From the NCBI GenBank assembly GCA_030018415.1, contig JASEGC010000001.1, positions 129,971-193,970 of the forward strand: a DNA stretch of 64,000 nucleotides, in the 5' to 3' direction. Origin of the DNA: Candidatus Aenigmatarchaeota archaeon (GTDB taxonomy: Archaea; Aenigmatarchaeota; Aenigmatarchaeia; CG10238-14). A program made the translations under genes and the position numbers. Below, one piece after another: positions 34,332-43,932 of the stretch (positions are counted from its first letter, which is position 1; every line of letters begins with the position of its first letter). The notes beneath the pieces were generated by a model, which saw only the letters and a list, made by a program, of their open reading frames with translations, ran no database searches and was not told the origin of the DNA.

Positions 34332-35270
34332 ATGAAAAAATTCCAAAATCTAAAACCTATCAAGGATATAAAAATTAAAAGAAAAACTTCGGTAAATGAT
34401 TTAGTCAAACAGATGTATAAATCTGGTGGATTTACAGCTAAGAATCTCGCAATAGGAGTTGATATTCTGGGGAAGATGATAAAAGATAAGAATTTTTTGA
34501 ATTTTCTTTCCTTTCCTGCATGCATAATAGCTACTGGCACAAGAGGAATAATTAAAGAAATAGTCAAAAGAAAATTATTTGATGTGTTGATAACGACGTG
34601 TGGAACTTTGGATCATGATCTTGCAAGGGTCTGGAAGGATTACTACCATGGCAGTTTTTTTGTCGATGATAGAGAACTACACAAAAAAGGAATCAACAGG
34701 TTGGGAAACATATTTATTCCAAACGAATCTTATGGATTGATAATCGAAGAAAAAATGAAAATTTTTCTGGAAGAAATACACAAAGAAAAAAATGAAATTT
34801 CAAGTTACGAATTAGCTTGGGAAATTGGTAAGAAAATAAATGATAAGAATTCCATACTATATTGGTGCTATAAAAATAAAATTCCAGTCGTAATTCCTGG
34901 TATAACCGATGGTGCTGTGGGTTATCAAATATGGCAGTACTCTCAAGATCATAATTTCAAGGTTGACATGTTAAAAGATGAACAATTAATGAGTGATTTG
35001 ATTTGGAATGCGAAAAAAACTGGAGCATTAATTATTGGTGGTGGGATATCAAAACACCACACGATATGGTGGAACCAATTTAAAAATGGTTTAGATTATG
35101 CGATCTACATAACGACCGCAGTGGAATGGGATGGTAGCTTATCTGGAGCTAGACCGAGAGAAGCAATTTCATGGGGAAAAATAAATGAAAAAGCTAAGCA
35201 CGTAACGATAGAAGAAGATGCGACTGTTGCTCTACCGATAATGTTTGCAGCTATATTAGAAAGATTATAA
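34332..35270 (+). CDS. dys: Deoxyhypusine synthase
   Basis: GGFTAKNLA...FLSFPACIIATGTRG...TTCGTLDHD...GGGISKHH motifs; GGAGG Shine-Dalgarno upstream. Confidence 0.85.
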   Translation: MKKFQNLKPIKDIKIKRKTSVNDLVKQMYKSGGFTAKNLAIGVDILGKMIKDKNFLNFLSFPACIIATGTRGIIKEIVKRKLFDVLITTCGTLDHDLARVWKDYYHGSFFVDDRELHKKGINRLGNIFIPNESYGLIIEEKMKIFLEEIHKEKNEISSYELAWEIGKKINDKNSILYWCYKNKIPVVIPGITDGAVGYQIWQYSQDHNFKVDMLKDEQLMSDLIWNAKKTGALIIGGGISKHHTIWWNQFKNGLDYAIYITTAVEWDGSLSGARPREAISWGKINEKAKHVTIEEDATVALPIMFAAILERL

Positions 35271-36185
35271 TCATAGATTGGAAATGAATGCATCGAACTC
35301 TCTCTTTGTTTTTTTCGCATAGAGTATAGCTAATATATGAGAGATACAAACCACAAAATCCCAAATTTTGCTCTTTTTTGTTCTCATGCCAAGTTCCAGA
35401 GTGAAATCCTCTAAAATTTTCATCAGAGGGTTATTAGCAAGAATCATGTATCCTCTATCAACTTCCCAACCGTTCCTTATCTTATTCTTTATGTAATCGT
35501 AAGAATTACTTACCCTCTCTAAAGATAGTTCTTTCATCTCTCTCAATGTCAAATGTCTACAATTCTTGAACTCGGTCTTTCCTTTTTTAATCGCATTTAA
35601 AATGGAATGTGTATCTGGCTCTGAATCAACTACAGTCAAACATAAATTGAGCATCTTAGGCAAGTGCGCATCTGCTCCTACTGCCTTTGGTTTACCTAAT
35701 CGAGAAGCAACCAAATCCGCATATCTATCTTCAAATCCAAATATATCTAAAGGATTGAAAACCTCGACTATTCCATCGATTTCTTTTATCTTTGTTCCAA
35801 TACCAGCATTCCTTATATCAAAAAGATGGGGAATATAAACTTCTCCACCAGAATCTTTGATCAAATCTCTTGCTTCTAGTGTGGTTATGGGTCTACTCAA
35901 GTTTTCCTCTAATCCCACATCTACATCTAGGCCGATCAAGTGTCCATCAAGTGTTTTTATTTCTATTCCGTTTATCAACAGAATACCGCTTTCCTCTGCA
36001 TGTTTTTTAATCTTGGGATAAGCGCTTGTAGTGTCGTGATCTGTTACGGCGATAACATCAATACCATTCCTCTTCGCCAAATCCACAGCCTGTTTTGGGT
36101 TTATTATAGAATCAACGACTATTCTCGTTCCCTTGGATTCTGTCGTGTGCAGGTGTAACTGAGCAGTTAATCTCATAAAAATCAA
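35271..36185 (-). CDS. PHP-domain metal-dependent phosphoesterase
   Basis: LHLHTTES...AVTDHDT...HL PHP histidine/aspartate motifs. Confidence 0.6.
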   Translation of the reverse strand: MIFMRLTAQLHLHTTESKGTRIVVDSIINPKQAVDLAKRNGIDVIAVTDHDTTSAYPKIKKHAEESGILLINGIEIKTLDGHLIGLDVDVGLEENLSRPITTLEARDLIKDSGGEVYIPHLFDIRNAGIGTKIKEIDGIVEVFNPLDIFGFEDRYADLVASRLGKPKAVGADAHLPKMLNLCLTVVDSEPDTHSILNAIKKGKTEFKNCRHLTLREMKELSLERVSNSYDYIKNKIRNGWEVDRGYMILANNPLMKILEDFTLELGMRTKKSKIWDFVVCISHILAILYAKKTKREFDAFISNL

Positions 36186-36196
36186 TCTTCGTATGA

Positions 36197-36448
36197 TTAT
36201 TTATCCTTTTGTTCTTTCAACCACATCTTAGAAGCAAGAATATGGGAACAATTCTTCTGATGCAAAGAAAAGTAATAACAATCACAAGTAAATTCGTTCT
36301 TCTTCTTGTCAAAAATCACGAAATGTTCTTTATCTTCACTCTTCAATGAAAAGTGAATTCTCTTATCCGTTTCTAATTCTTTCTTAACTTTTCCCTGTTT
36401 AAACAACCAGTATGCTTTTCTTTCTGTTCTTTTGGAAAACTTCTCCAT
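36197..36448 (-). CDS. SWIM zinc-finger protein
   Basis: CDCYYFSLHQKNCSHILA fits the SWIM pattern CxC...CxH. Confidence 0.6.
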   Translation of the reverse strand: MEKFSKRTERKAYWLFKQGKVKKELETDKRIHFSLKSEDKEHFVIFDKKKNEFTCDCYYFSLHQKNCSHILASKMWLKEQKDK

Positions 36449-36487
36449 AGAATTCTAATTTATAAATGGAAAGATTTAATTTTAGTT

Positions 36488-37126
36488 ATGATACTCACTC
36501 TACTTTTAATTTTTTTGAATGTAGTGGTATTCTTCTACACATATCCCAATCTTCCATTTTATATCAACGGATATGGGTTTGAACCAGTCTCTTTTCTAGG
36601 AGGAAGGTACCACACAATACTTACATCATTGTTCCTACATGCTAACGAGATTCATCTCATTTTTAACATGATATCTTTATTTCTGCTTGCTCCTTCCGTT
36701 GAGAAGAAGGTTGGAGCACTGAAATTTTATTTTGTCTATTTTTTTGGTGGTATGATCGCAAATTTAGCTACGTTCATTCCTTTCTTCTATAAACCGGGGA
36801 TTCCAGGTATAGGCGCATCTGGGGCTATTTCTGCCTTAATCGGTCTAGGGACATTTCTTTGCCCAGGAAAACTTGTTATTTCACAATTTCTAATACCATT
36901 GCCTTTTGTGGTGGTTGGAGCTTTTTACTTTTTATCTAATGCGTTGAACTTATTCATTCCGTCTAACATCGGATACCATGTTCACATGGTTGGATTAATA
37001 TTCGGATCATTTTTTGGTTTGATTTGGTCTAAGAACTGGATAAAAGGAATATTAATATTTATAATAGTACTCATCCTGATAATGTCGTTGCCTTATATCT
37101 TATCGATGGTCCTGGAGATGCTTTAA
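36488..37126 (+). CDS. Rhomboid-family intramembrane serine protease
   Basis: HLIFNM, GASGAISALIG (GxSG) and a downstream His in a TM helix (HMVGLIFG). Confidence 0.75.
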   Translation: MILTLLLIFLNVVVFFYTYPNLPFYINGYGFEPVSFLGGRYHTILTSLFLHANEIHLIFNMISLFLLAPSVEKKVGALKFYFVYFFGGMIANLATFIPFFYKPGIPGIGASGAISALIGLGTFLCPGKLVISQFLIPLPFVVVGAFYFLSNALNLFIPSNIGYHVHMVGLIFGSFFGLIWSKNWIKGILIFIIVLILIMSLPYILSMVLEML

Positions 37127-37173
37127 AAGTTAGCGATTAAAATGAGATTATGCATCTAGGTTGAGTTGGTTCA

Positions 37174-38058
37174 ATGAAAGATTTGGAGGAAATAATTGAA
37201 GAATTGAAGAAATTTAGAGCAAAAAGAATTTTCATCCAATTCGCAGACGGATTAAGGTACAAGATCCAGGAGATTGTTAAAAAAATCGAAGAACATGGTT
37301 TTGAGTGTGTTATATCTTTAGAACCTTTGTATGGAGCTTGTGATGTCAGAGATCTTGAGAGTGAACGCTTAGACTGTGATGTAATCTTGCACATAGGCCA
37401 TTCCAACTTCGGTGTTCCTTCTAGAATCCCTGTTGTTTACTGGGATTATTTTTATGAAGTCGATGCTTTATATGCCCTGAAAAAGGAAATCGACAAGTTA
37501 AACCAATTCAAAAAAATAGGTCTTATCACAAGCTTACAGTTTGTTCCTGCCATGGAAAAAGTGAAAGATTATCTGCAGAAGATTGGTAAAGAAGTCTACG
37601 TTCATAAATCATTGAAGTATCCTGGTCAGATATTGGGTTGTGATGTACGAGCTGCAAAGAAGATTGAAAAAAAGGTTGATTGCTTTCTCTATGTTGGAGC
37701 AGGAAAATTTCATAGCCTAGGTGTCACAATAGCAGTAAAGAAACCAGTCCTCAGTCTTGATGTGGAAAAAAAACAAGTCTACAGTCTTGAAAAAGAAAAA
37801 AATGTATGGTTGAAAAAGAAAGCCTGGTATGATGTTAAATTGAAGGATGCAAGAAGAATTGGTATCATTGTTTGTTGGAAGAAAGGTCAAAACAGAATCG
37901 ATGAAGCTGAAAAATTAAAAAAGGAACTAGAAAACAAAGGTAAGGAAGTTTATATACTGGCGTTTGATAATGTTAGCAAAGATAAGACCGAAGGGCTAAA
38001 GCTTGATGGCTTGATTAACTTAGCCTGTCCTAGGTTAGACGATGAGTTGATCTTCTAG
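37174..38058 (+). CDS. dph2: Diphthamide biosynthesis enzyme Dph2
   Basis: RIFIQFADGLRY...YGACDV...ILHIGHS pattern typical of archaeal Dph2. Confidence 0.75.
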   Translation: MKDLEEIIEELKKFRAKRIFIQFADGLRYKIQEIVKKIEEHGFECVISLEPLYGACDVRDLESERLDCDVILHIGHSNFGVPSRIPVVYWDYFYEVDALYALKKEIDKLNQFKKIGLITSLQFVPAMEKVKDYLQKIGKEVYVHKSLKYPGQILGCDVRAAKKIEKKVDCFLYVGAGKFHSLGVTIAVKKPVLSLDVEKKQVYSLEKEKNVWLKKKAWYDVKLKDARRIGIIVCWKKGQNRIDEAEKLKKELENKGKEVYILAFDNVSKDKTEGLKLDGLINLACPRLDDELIF

Positions 38059-38069
38059 AGAATAAAAAA

Positions 38070-38273
38070 CTAACGAAACGATGAAGAAAAAAATTTGAAA
38101 AATTTGTAGATCAAACTTAAAGGTGCATAAAAAGGTTTTCGAGCAGTTTCCAATTTTGCTCCCAACTCCCTAGCAGTTTCACCGATTTCCATCTTTGCTT
38201 GCCAAACGAAGAAAAATATCGCAAGTAAAATTATAACAAATACCACGAAGATCAAAATATAGATTCCTGCCAT
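38070..38273 (-). CDS. Small single-TM protein
   Basis: Internal Met gives MAGIYILIFVVFVIILLAIFFFVW, a TM helix. The longer track ORF would overlap the divergent neighbour. Confidence 0.3.
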   Translation of the reverse strand: MAGIYILIFVVFVIILLAIFFFVWQAKMEIGETARELGAKLETARKPFYAPLSLIYKFFKFFSSSFR

Positions 38274-38316
38274 CAAGTTAAATATGAATTTGCCAATATT
38301 TATTCCTAGTGGGAAT

Positions 38317-39105
38317 ATGAAAAAAATTCTTGTAATGCTCATCTTTTTGTTCTTTCTGTTACAAAACTCATTCGCATGGAATTTTGCAACTCACGAATTC
38401 ATCTGCGAACAAATCTATCAAACGAACAAAGAGCTGAACAAAATCCTAGATCACGATCAATTCTTGAGAGGTTGTAATGCTCCAGATACAGAATTCAACG
38501 ATCAACAGAATCATCACTGTTATGTTGCAAGACAATGTCATGTCATAGACACTTCCAAGATTAAGCCTAATAGTTTGGCTTACTTTTCAGATATCGAAGA
38601 TTGTGTGGAAGGATCGTATTTTGATTGCCCGGCAATGGAGAAGTTTGAAGAATATATTGAAAAAGCTTCTGAAAATAATTTTTCTTTTTATGTTGGGGTT
38701 TCCACTCATTACTTCACCGATGCACACGTCCCAGTACACCAGACTATGGGTGAAGATTATTGGAAATGTCACATACCTTTTGAGAAAAAAATCGATGATA
38801 ATTTAAAAAGCGGAAAAAGATCCTGGACCGTCTCTGTAAAATGCGAAGTATATTTTCCCTGTGAAAAGGTTAAGAAGGTAAGTAGAAAATGCGATAAAGG
38901 GTACAACGTTGATGTTATTTATTCTTATAAAAATATTGTTGAGTTAATCGAAAAGACCGACAAAACGTTAAGTAAAAAATTGGACTTATCGTATGAGAGT
39001 GATTATTCTCATTTACTTGGAAGACGTTCAACAGGATTTTTTACATTAATTGCAAGCAGGATCGTTAACTTTTTCAGAATCTTGATTGATTTTATAAAGG
39101 GATGA
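38317..39105 (+). CDS. Secreted zinc-dependent phospholipase C / S1-P1 nuclease-superfamily-like protein
   Basis: Signal peptide MKKILVMLIFLFFLLQNSFA, then W-NFATHE at the predicted mature N-terminus and HYFTDAHVPVHQ metal-ligand-like motifs. Confidence 0.4.
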   Translation: MKKILVMLIFLFFLLQNSFAWNFATHEFICEQIYQTNKELNKILDHDQFLRGCNAPDTEFNDQQNHHCYVARQCHVIDTSKIKPNSLAYFSDIEDCVEGSYFDCPAMEKFEEYIEKASENNFSFYVGVSTHYFTDAHVPVHQTMGEDYWKCHIPFEKKIDDNLKSGKRSWTVSVKCEVYFPCEKVKKVSRKCDKGYNVDVIYSYKNIVELIEKTDKTLSKKLDLSYESDYSHLLGRRSTGFFTLIASRIVNFFRILIDFIKG

Positions 39106-39180
39106 TTTTGGAGAAAATGCATTACTGCGTGTAGCATAGTTAATTATTAATTTTTCATTTTATTTAACATATCGGATGTT

Positions 39181-39813
39181 ATGAACAAAAAGCAGCTTGA
39201 AATCACACTATCAAAATTGAAAGATAACCCAAACCCTAGAGTGGAATTGGAACAATACACGATTCCTTCTGATTTAGCGGCTGAAATATTGAATTTGGCT
39301 TATTTGAATGGAGATGTAAAAGGAAAAGTCGTCGTAGACTTGGGTTGCGGTTCTGGTAGATTGATGATAGGCGCAGCGCTAATGGATGCTAAAAAAGTGA
39401 TTGGTATCGACGTAAATAAAGACGTACTTGCAATTGCAAAAGAGAACGTGAAAATCGCTGAGAGATTAACAAATCAAGAAATCGGTACCAGAATAAAACT
39501 TGTCTGTAAAGATGTCTCAGACTGGGATGGAAATGTTGACACGATAATCCAAAACCCGCCATTCGGTATCCAAAAACTACACGCGGATAGACACTTCTTA
39601 CAAAAAGCATTAGAATGCGCAAGAAAAATATACTCATTGCACAGACACTATGAAAAATCACGAATCTTTTTAAAGAAATTGATCGAACAAAATGGTGGAA
39701 AAGTAGAAAAGATCATAAAATTTAAATTTAAAATACCTTATATGTTTAAATTTCACAAGAAACCTTATGCAATATACGATGTAGATTTGTTCATAATTTC
39801 GAGGCTAAGATGA
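39181..39813 (+). CDS. METTL5-like (COG2263-type) N6-adenine RNA methyltransferase
   Basis: SAM motif VVDLGCGSGRL and catalytic IQNPPFG. Confidence 0.7.
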   Translation: MNKKQLEITLSKLKDNPNPRVELEQYTIPSDLAAEILNLAYLNGDVKGKVVVDLGCGSGRLMIGAALMDAKKVIGIDVNKDVLAIAKENVKIAERLTNQEIGTRIKLVCKDVSDWDGNVDTIIQNPPFGIQKLHADRHFLQKALECARKIYSLHRHYEKSRIFLKKLIEQNGGKVEKIIKFKFKIPYMFKFHKKPYAIYDVDLFIISRLR

Positions 39814-40094
39814 TGAAATTGTCCCTAATAAAAAAAGATGATAACTCTATGGTAATTGAATTTAAAGGAGAAAGCTTCAGTTTTGTCAACCTGATCGAGG
39901 AAGAGTTGTGGAAGAGTAAGAATATCGATGAGGCAGCCTGTATAAAAGAACATCCTTATATGGTTGAACCAAAATTGTACATCAAGATGAAGGCAAAGAA
40001 ATCACCAGAAGTGGACCTGAAGAAAGCTATAAAAAGAATTCAAGCTCAATTGAATGAATTGAAAAAAAAATTCACTAAAGCTTTAAAAGATTAA
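39810..40094 (+). CDS. rpoL: DNA-directed RNA polymerase subunit L (Rpo11)
   Basis: EFKGESFSFVNLIEEEL...ACIKEHPYMVEPKLYIK matches the RpoL/Rpb11 pattern. Confidence 0.8.
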   Translation: MMKLSLIKKDDNSMVIEFKGESFSFVNLIEEELWKSKNIDEAACIKEHPYMVEPKLYIKMKAKKSPEVDLKKAIKRIQAQLNELKKKFTKALKD

Positions 40095-40136
40095 AAATTA
40101 TTTAAGACTGTTCTACTAAAATGATATTTAGAAATC

Positions 40137-40760
40137 ATGTACGAACCATATGGTGAGAAGAGAAGGTTAAAAATAGACTGGGAAAGTTTGAAAGAAAAAA
40201 TTAAAAGCTTAAAACTCACCAAAACTATTTGGATAATAATTGCTGTCATCGCCATAGCTGCTGTAAGCGGAATAACAGGTTATGTCTCCTACACTTTAAA
40301 AGTGACAGAGTTGAACTCTAAAATATTAATTAAAGAGAAACAGATGATTGCTGTTCAAAACAACCTGACTTCTTGTTTAACTGATTTAGACACAGCAAAG
40401 GGTAATATAAATACACTACAAACAGAGAACACGCAATGTAAAGTTGATTTACAAAACAAAGAAACAGAACTCAAAGGATGTAACAGTGAGAAGGAAAGGT
40501 TGAACGCTGATTTAGCTGAAATGAAAAGTACTATGGGAGAATGGAAATCTAAGTATGAAGACCTCGAGGATAGGTATGAAATCTTAAAGAATACACGTGA
40601 TTCCATGGAGCGTAACTACGCAAGGGGTTGTTGTAATTTCGGGTTTTCATACTATTTTGTGAAGGATGGTACTAAAGTAATCTGTTGCTCGAGGAAAGAC
40701 GTAAATTCATGCGGAGAAGTACCAGAAAACTTAGAGATGATAAAAGAAATAACGTGTTAA
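40137..40760 (+). CDS. Membrane-anchored coiled-coil protein with Cys-rich C-terminus
   Basis: One TM helix (IWIIIAVIAIAAVSGITGYV), a heptad-rich segment, and a CC..C..CC...C tail. Confidence 0.4.
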   Translation: MYEPYGEKRRLKIDWESLKEKIKSLKLTKTIWIIIAVIAIAAVSGITGYVSYTLKVTELNSKILIKEKQMIAVQNNLTSCLTDLDTAKGNINTLQTENTQCKVDLQNKETELKGCNSEKERLNADLAEMKSTMGEWKSKYEDLEDRYEILKNTRDSMERNYARGCCNFGFSYYFVKDGTKVICCSRKDVNSCGEVPENLEMIKEITC

Positions 40761-41728
40761 ATTTCAAGCAAACAATCTTTCAAACTTTTATCCTCTCTCA
40801 ATCTTATGAAGCTAGGAGCACGCATTATTTTATTTTTCGAAAGATTCATGAATTTTACTTCACAAACAAGCTTAGGTTTAACCCATACTGGAATAATATC
40901 AAGAGGTAATTCTGGTTTTTCTTTGAATGGACATTTATCAGTTTTTAATTTTTGTAATTTTTCTGTGAGTTCAGCATATCCTTTTTCATCTAGTCCTGTT
41001 CCTACTCTTCCAACATATCTTAATTTGTTTTGATAATAACAACCGAGAATTAAAGCACCAAAGTATTTTTGTCTCCAGCCTGTTCCAACCGTATAACCAC
41101 AGATGATGCAATCCAAAGTCTTCAAACTCTTTATCTTCAACCAATATTCACTCCTCTTACCGATCAAATAAAGACTATCTTTCACCTTTCCCATGACACC
41201 TTCAAGTCGCTGTTTTTTGACTACTTTAAAAAGCTCTTCCCCATTTTCGGTAAAAAAACATAGATTAATTCTGGTACTTTCACTAACGACTTCCTTCAAT
41301 ATCTTTTTTCTTTCTAGCAAGAGTAAGTTAGTCAAATCTCTATTATTTACTGATAGTATATCAAAAACAACATAAGTTGCAGGCATCTCTTTCGATAGTA
41401 TTTCAATTCTAAGTTTGCTATCAACATGTTCTCTTTCGGCTAACCGATAGAAATCAGGTCTTTTACCAGTTTTATCTAGGACTATGATTTCACCGTCAAG
41501 AGTAGCTGAATTAGCGCTTATATTATTGATAGTTTCAAGTAGTTCAGGATAGCGATAAGTTATATCCATATTGCGCCTATTAATTATCTTTATAGAATTG
41601 TCTTTTTTGAAGAGTAAAGCTCTAGTGCCATCTAGCTTCGGCTCGAAAATCAAATCTTTTCTTTTAAGATCCTCTCTACTTCCTAACTTAGCTAACATTG
41701 GTTTTATGGTTTGGTCCCAAAGAGACAT
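40757..41728 (-). CDS. Minimal ATP-dependent DNA ligase (adenylation + OB domains, LigD-ligase-like)
   Basis: Motif I EPKLDGTR, 323 aa, no N-terminal DNA-binding domain. Lies in an operon with Ku. Confidence 0.8.
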   Translation of the reverse strand: MSLWDQTIKPMLAKLGSREDLKRKDLIFEPKLDGTRALLFKKDNSIKIINRRNMDITYRYPELLETINNISANSATLDGEIIVLDKTGKRPDFYRLAEREHVDSKLRIEILSKEMPATYVVFDILSVNNRDLTNLLLLERKKILKEVVSESTRINLCFFTENGEELFKVVKKQRLEGVMGKVKDSLYLIGKRSEYWLKIKSLKTLDCIICGYTVGTGWRQKYFGALILGCYYQNKLRYVGRVGTGLDEKGYAELTEKLQKLKTDKCPFKEKPELPLDIIPVWVKPKLVCEVKFMNLSKNKIMRAPSFIRLREDKSLKDCLLEI

Positions 41729-41729
41729 T

Positions 41730-42035
41730 CTATCTTCTTTTTTTGAATTTATCGTAAATCCAGATTATGAAACAGGAGAGGAGATACCAAAATATTAAAT
41801 CGAATAGAAGATAATTATACTTCCAATAATATCCACTTTTCCCCCACCCTGGCGCACACTCAACTCGCCTTAAAAATTTAAAAGGGAATCCTATCACTAA
41901 ACTAGGTCCACATTCGGGAAGGTAACGAAGTTCTTCTACTTCAGCCCTTCCATAAAAATATGAGGCTACAATAAACAATATAATAAATACAACAATCTTT
42001 CTCCAGTCTGGTTTTAAAAATTCATTCCATTTCAT
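41730..42035 (-). CDS. Small 2-TM membrane protein between Ku and ligase
   Basis: 101 aa with two hydrophobic helices. Its start overlaps the Ku stop by 4 nt. Confidence 0.35.
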   Translation of the reverse strand: MKWNEFLKPDWRKIVVFIILFIVASYFYGRAEVEELRYLPECGPSLVIGFPFKFLRRVECAPGWGKSGYYWKYNYLLFDLIFWYLLSCFIIWIYDKFKKRR

Positions 42036-42823
42036 CTGGCTTTCACTTTCTTTTTCTTCACAGCTTCAACACTTGCTTTTAAACTCTCCATTAGTTCTCT
42101 TGCTTTCTCAACTTTCTCTTCTTTCACCTCTATTGCTTTCCCTTCAGCTTTAGCTTTTATCAATTCCATCAGAGCCTCTGTGTAAGTATCTTTGAATTTC
42201 TTTGGATCAAACTCGGATTCAGTCAGTTTTTGAATTAAAGTCCTTGCGAGCTCCAGCTCTTCCTTACTTACAACGACAAGATTCTTCAATTCTGATAATT
42301 CTTCGATTTCTCTAATCTCACCAAGATAATAGAGAACATGCATGACAATACCTTTCTTGAAAGCTCTTAGAGCGATGAGATACTCTTTGTTCCTCATCAC
42401 TACTTTTCCCAAAGCAGCCTTATTGGCAAGCCTAAGAGCTTCTACAAAAAGAGAATAAGCCTTAACTCCAGTCTCTTGTGGAACGACATAGTAAGGCTTT
42501 TCAAAGAATATGGGATCAATCTGACTTACATCGATGAACTCTTTAATGTCGATAGTTTTAGTAGTGGGTAATTTAATCCTATCCAAATCCTCTTTCTTGA
42601 TTATTATCCATTTATCCTTCGATATCTTGTATCCTCTGTCGATGTCCTGCCATCCTACTTCTTTGTTGCACTTTGGGCACCATCTCTTGTAAAGCAGAGG
42701 AGTTTGACAAACGTTACAAACCATGTGAAGATCGATTTGTTTGGGTTGAGATGCTGCGTAAATTTTAATTGGGATCGATACTAACCCAAAACTTATATTC
42801 CCAGAGAAGATCGCTCTCGGCAT
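42032..42823 (-). CDS. ku: Ku DNA end-binding protein (prokaryotic single-domain type)
   Basis: MPRAIFSGNISFGLVSIPIKIYAA N-terminus, Ku core, and an internal CNVC...CPKC zinc ribbon. Confidence 0.85.
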   Translation of the reverse strand: MPRAIFSGNISFGLVSIPIKIYAASQPKQIDLHMVCNVCQTPLLYKRWCPKCNKEVGWQDIDRGYKISKDKWIIIKKEDLDRIKLPTTKTIDIKEFIDVSQIDPIFFEKPYYVVPQETGVKAYSLFVEALRLANKAALGKVVMRNKEYLIALRAFKKGIVMHVLYYLGEIREIEELSELKNLVVVSKEELELARTLIQKLTESEFDPKKFKDTYTEALMELIKAKAEGKAIEVKEEKVEKARELMESLKASVEAVKKKKVKAR

Positions 42824-42827
42824 GATA

Positions 42828-43922
42828 TCACGTTATGTAATTAATATTTAATTTTTTAGCATAATTAACTGCTTTTATAAATTCTTCTTCGGTAATTCTT
42901 CTGTTTATTTCTGGATACTCATTAGCTCTCCAATGAGGTGTAAACTGATCCATGAGATTAACAATACATTTTTCTTTTATATTATTAGCAATCCAATTCA
43001 AGATCGGAAAAGTGCAACATTCCAGATGTGATGGAAGAATCAAGTGTCTCACAGTAACTTCTGCTTGTCTTGCCGCTAACAAATGATTCCTTGAAACTAC
43101 TTCAAAATAATTTGGCACTTTAGAAAGCCTTAAAGCACATTTATCGTTACCATACTTGAAATCTGGTAGGTACATATCAACTATACCGTCTAGAATTTTC
43201 ATAGTCTTTAGAGTCATGTAAAAGTTCGAGTTCCATATTACTGGAACGTTTACGTTACAATATTTTAATGATTCTAAGACCCATAATAAACTTGGTGTTG
43301 GAGACGCACCAACATAATTTACGTTTCTACAGCCTTCTTTTCTTCTTCTTTCTATTCTAAGTGCTAATTCTTTCGATGAAATTTCATATCCTGTTTCAAA
43401 CCATTGGCTAATACTCCAATTCTGACAATATTGACAGTGAAAATTACAACCCATGAAAAATATGGTGTGAGATGGGCTTATATGAGCTTCTTCACCAAGA
43501 TGAATGTGTTCAGATGAAATCAAACAATCTTTACCAACCCTGCAATTTCCCAACTTTCCTTTCAACCTGTTGACATGACATTTTCTCTCACATAATTCAC
43601 ACGACTTCATTATTTCTTCTGTTAATCTTATCTTCAAATCTAGCAACGAGAATTCTGATTTCTTAAGACCATTCAGTTTGATTTTTCCTTTGTCCACATC
43701 TTTAATCGTCCTATAAAATTGTTTCATCGAATTAGAATGAGCTTTCCAAAGGTCTTCGATGCTCATATTTCTTTTTATTTCAAACTTAATCCTTTTCGCA
43801 ACTTGGAATTTTGCAATAGCTTGATCGTTTACAACTTTCACATATCTTGGCAGGATTCTTTTAATCATGGGTTTGTCTAATGCGTTTATAGTGTCTGGTC
43901 TTAGAAGGTATAATTCAAACAT
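42828..43922 (-). CDS. PflX-like radical SAM protein
   Basis: CNFHCQYCQNW radical SAM cluster motif and an upstream CELCERKC cluster. Confidence 0.65.
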   Translation of the reverse strand: MFELYLLRPDTINALDKPMIKRILPRYVKVVNDQAIAKFQVAKRIKFEIKRNMSIEDLWKAHSNSMKQFYRTIKDVDKGKIKLNGLKKSEFSLLDLKIRLTEEIMKSCELCERKCHVNRLKGKLGNCRVGKDCLISSEHIHLGEEAHISPSHTIFFMGCNFHCQYCQNWSISQWFETGYEISSKELALRIERRRKEGCRNVNYVGASPTPSLLWVLESLKYCNVNVPVIWNSNFYMTLKTMKILDGIVDMYLPDFKYGNDKCALRLSKVPNYFEVVSRNHLLAARQAEVTVRHLILPSHLECCTFPILNWIANNIKEKCIVNLMDQFTPHWRANEYPEINRRITEEEFIKAVNYAKKLNINYIT

Positions 43923-43932
43923 GGTTTTCTAT

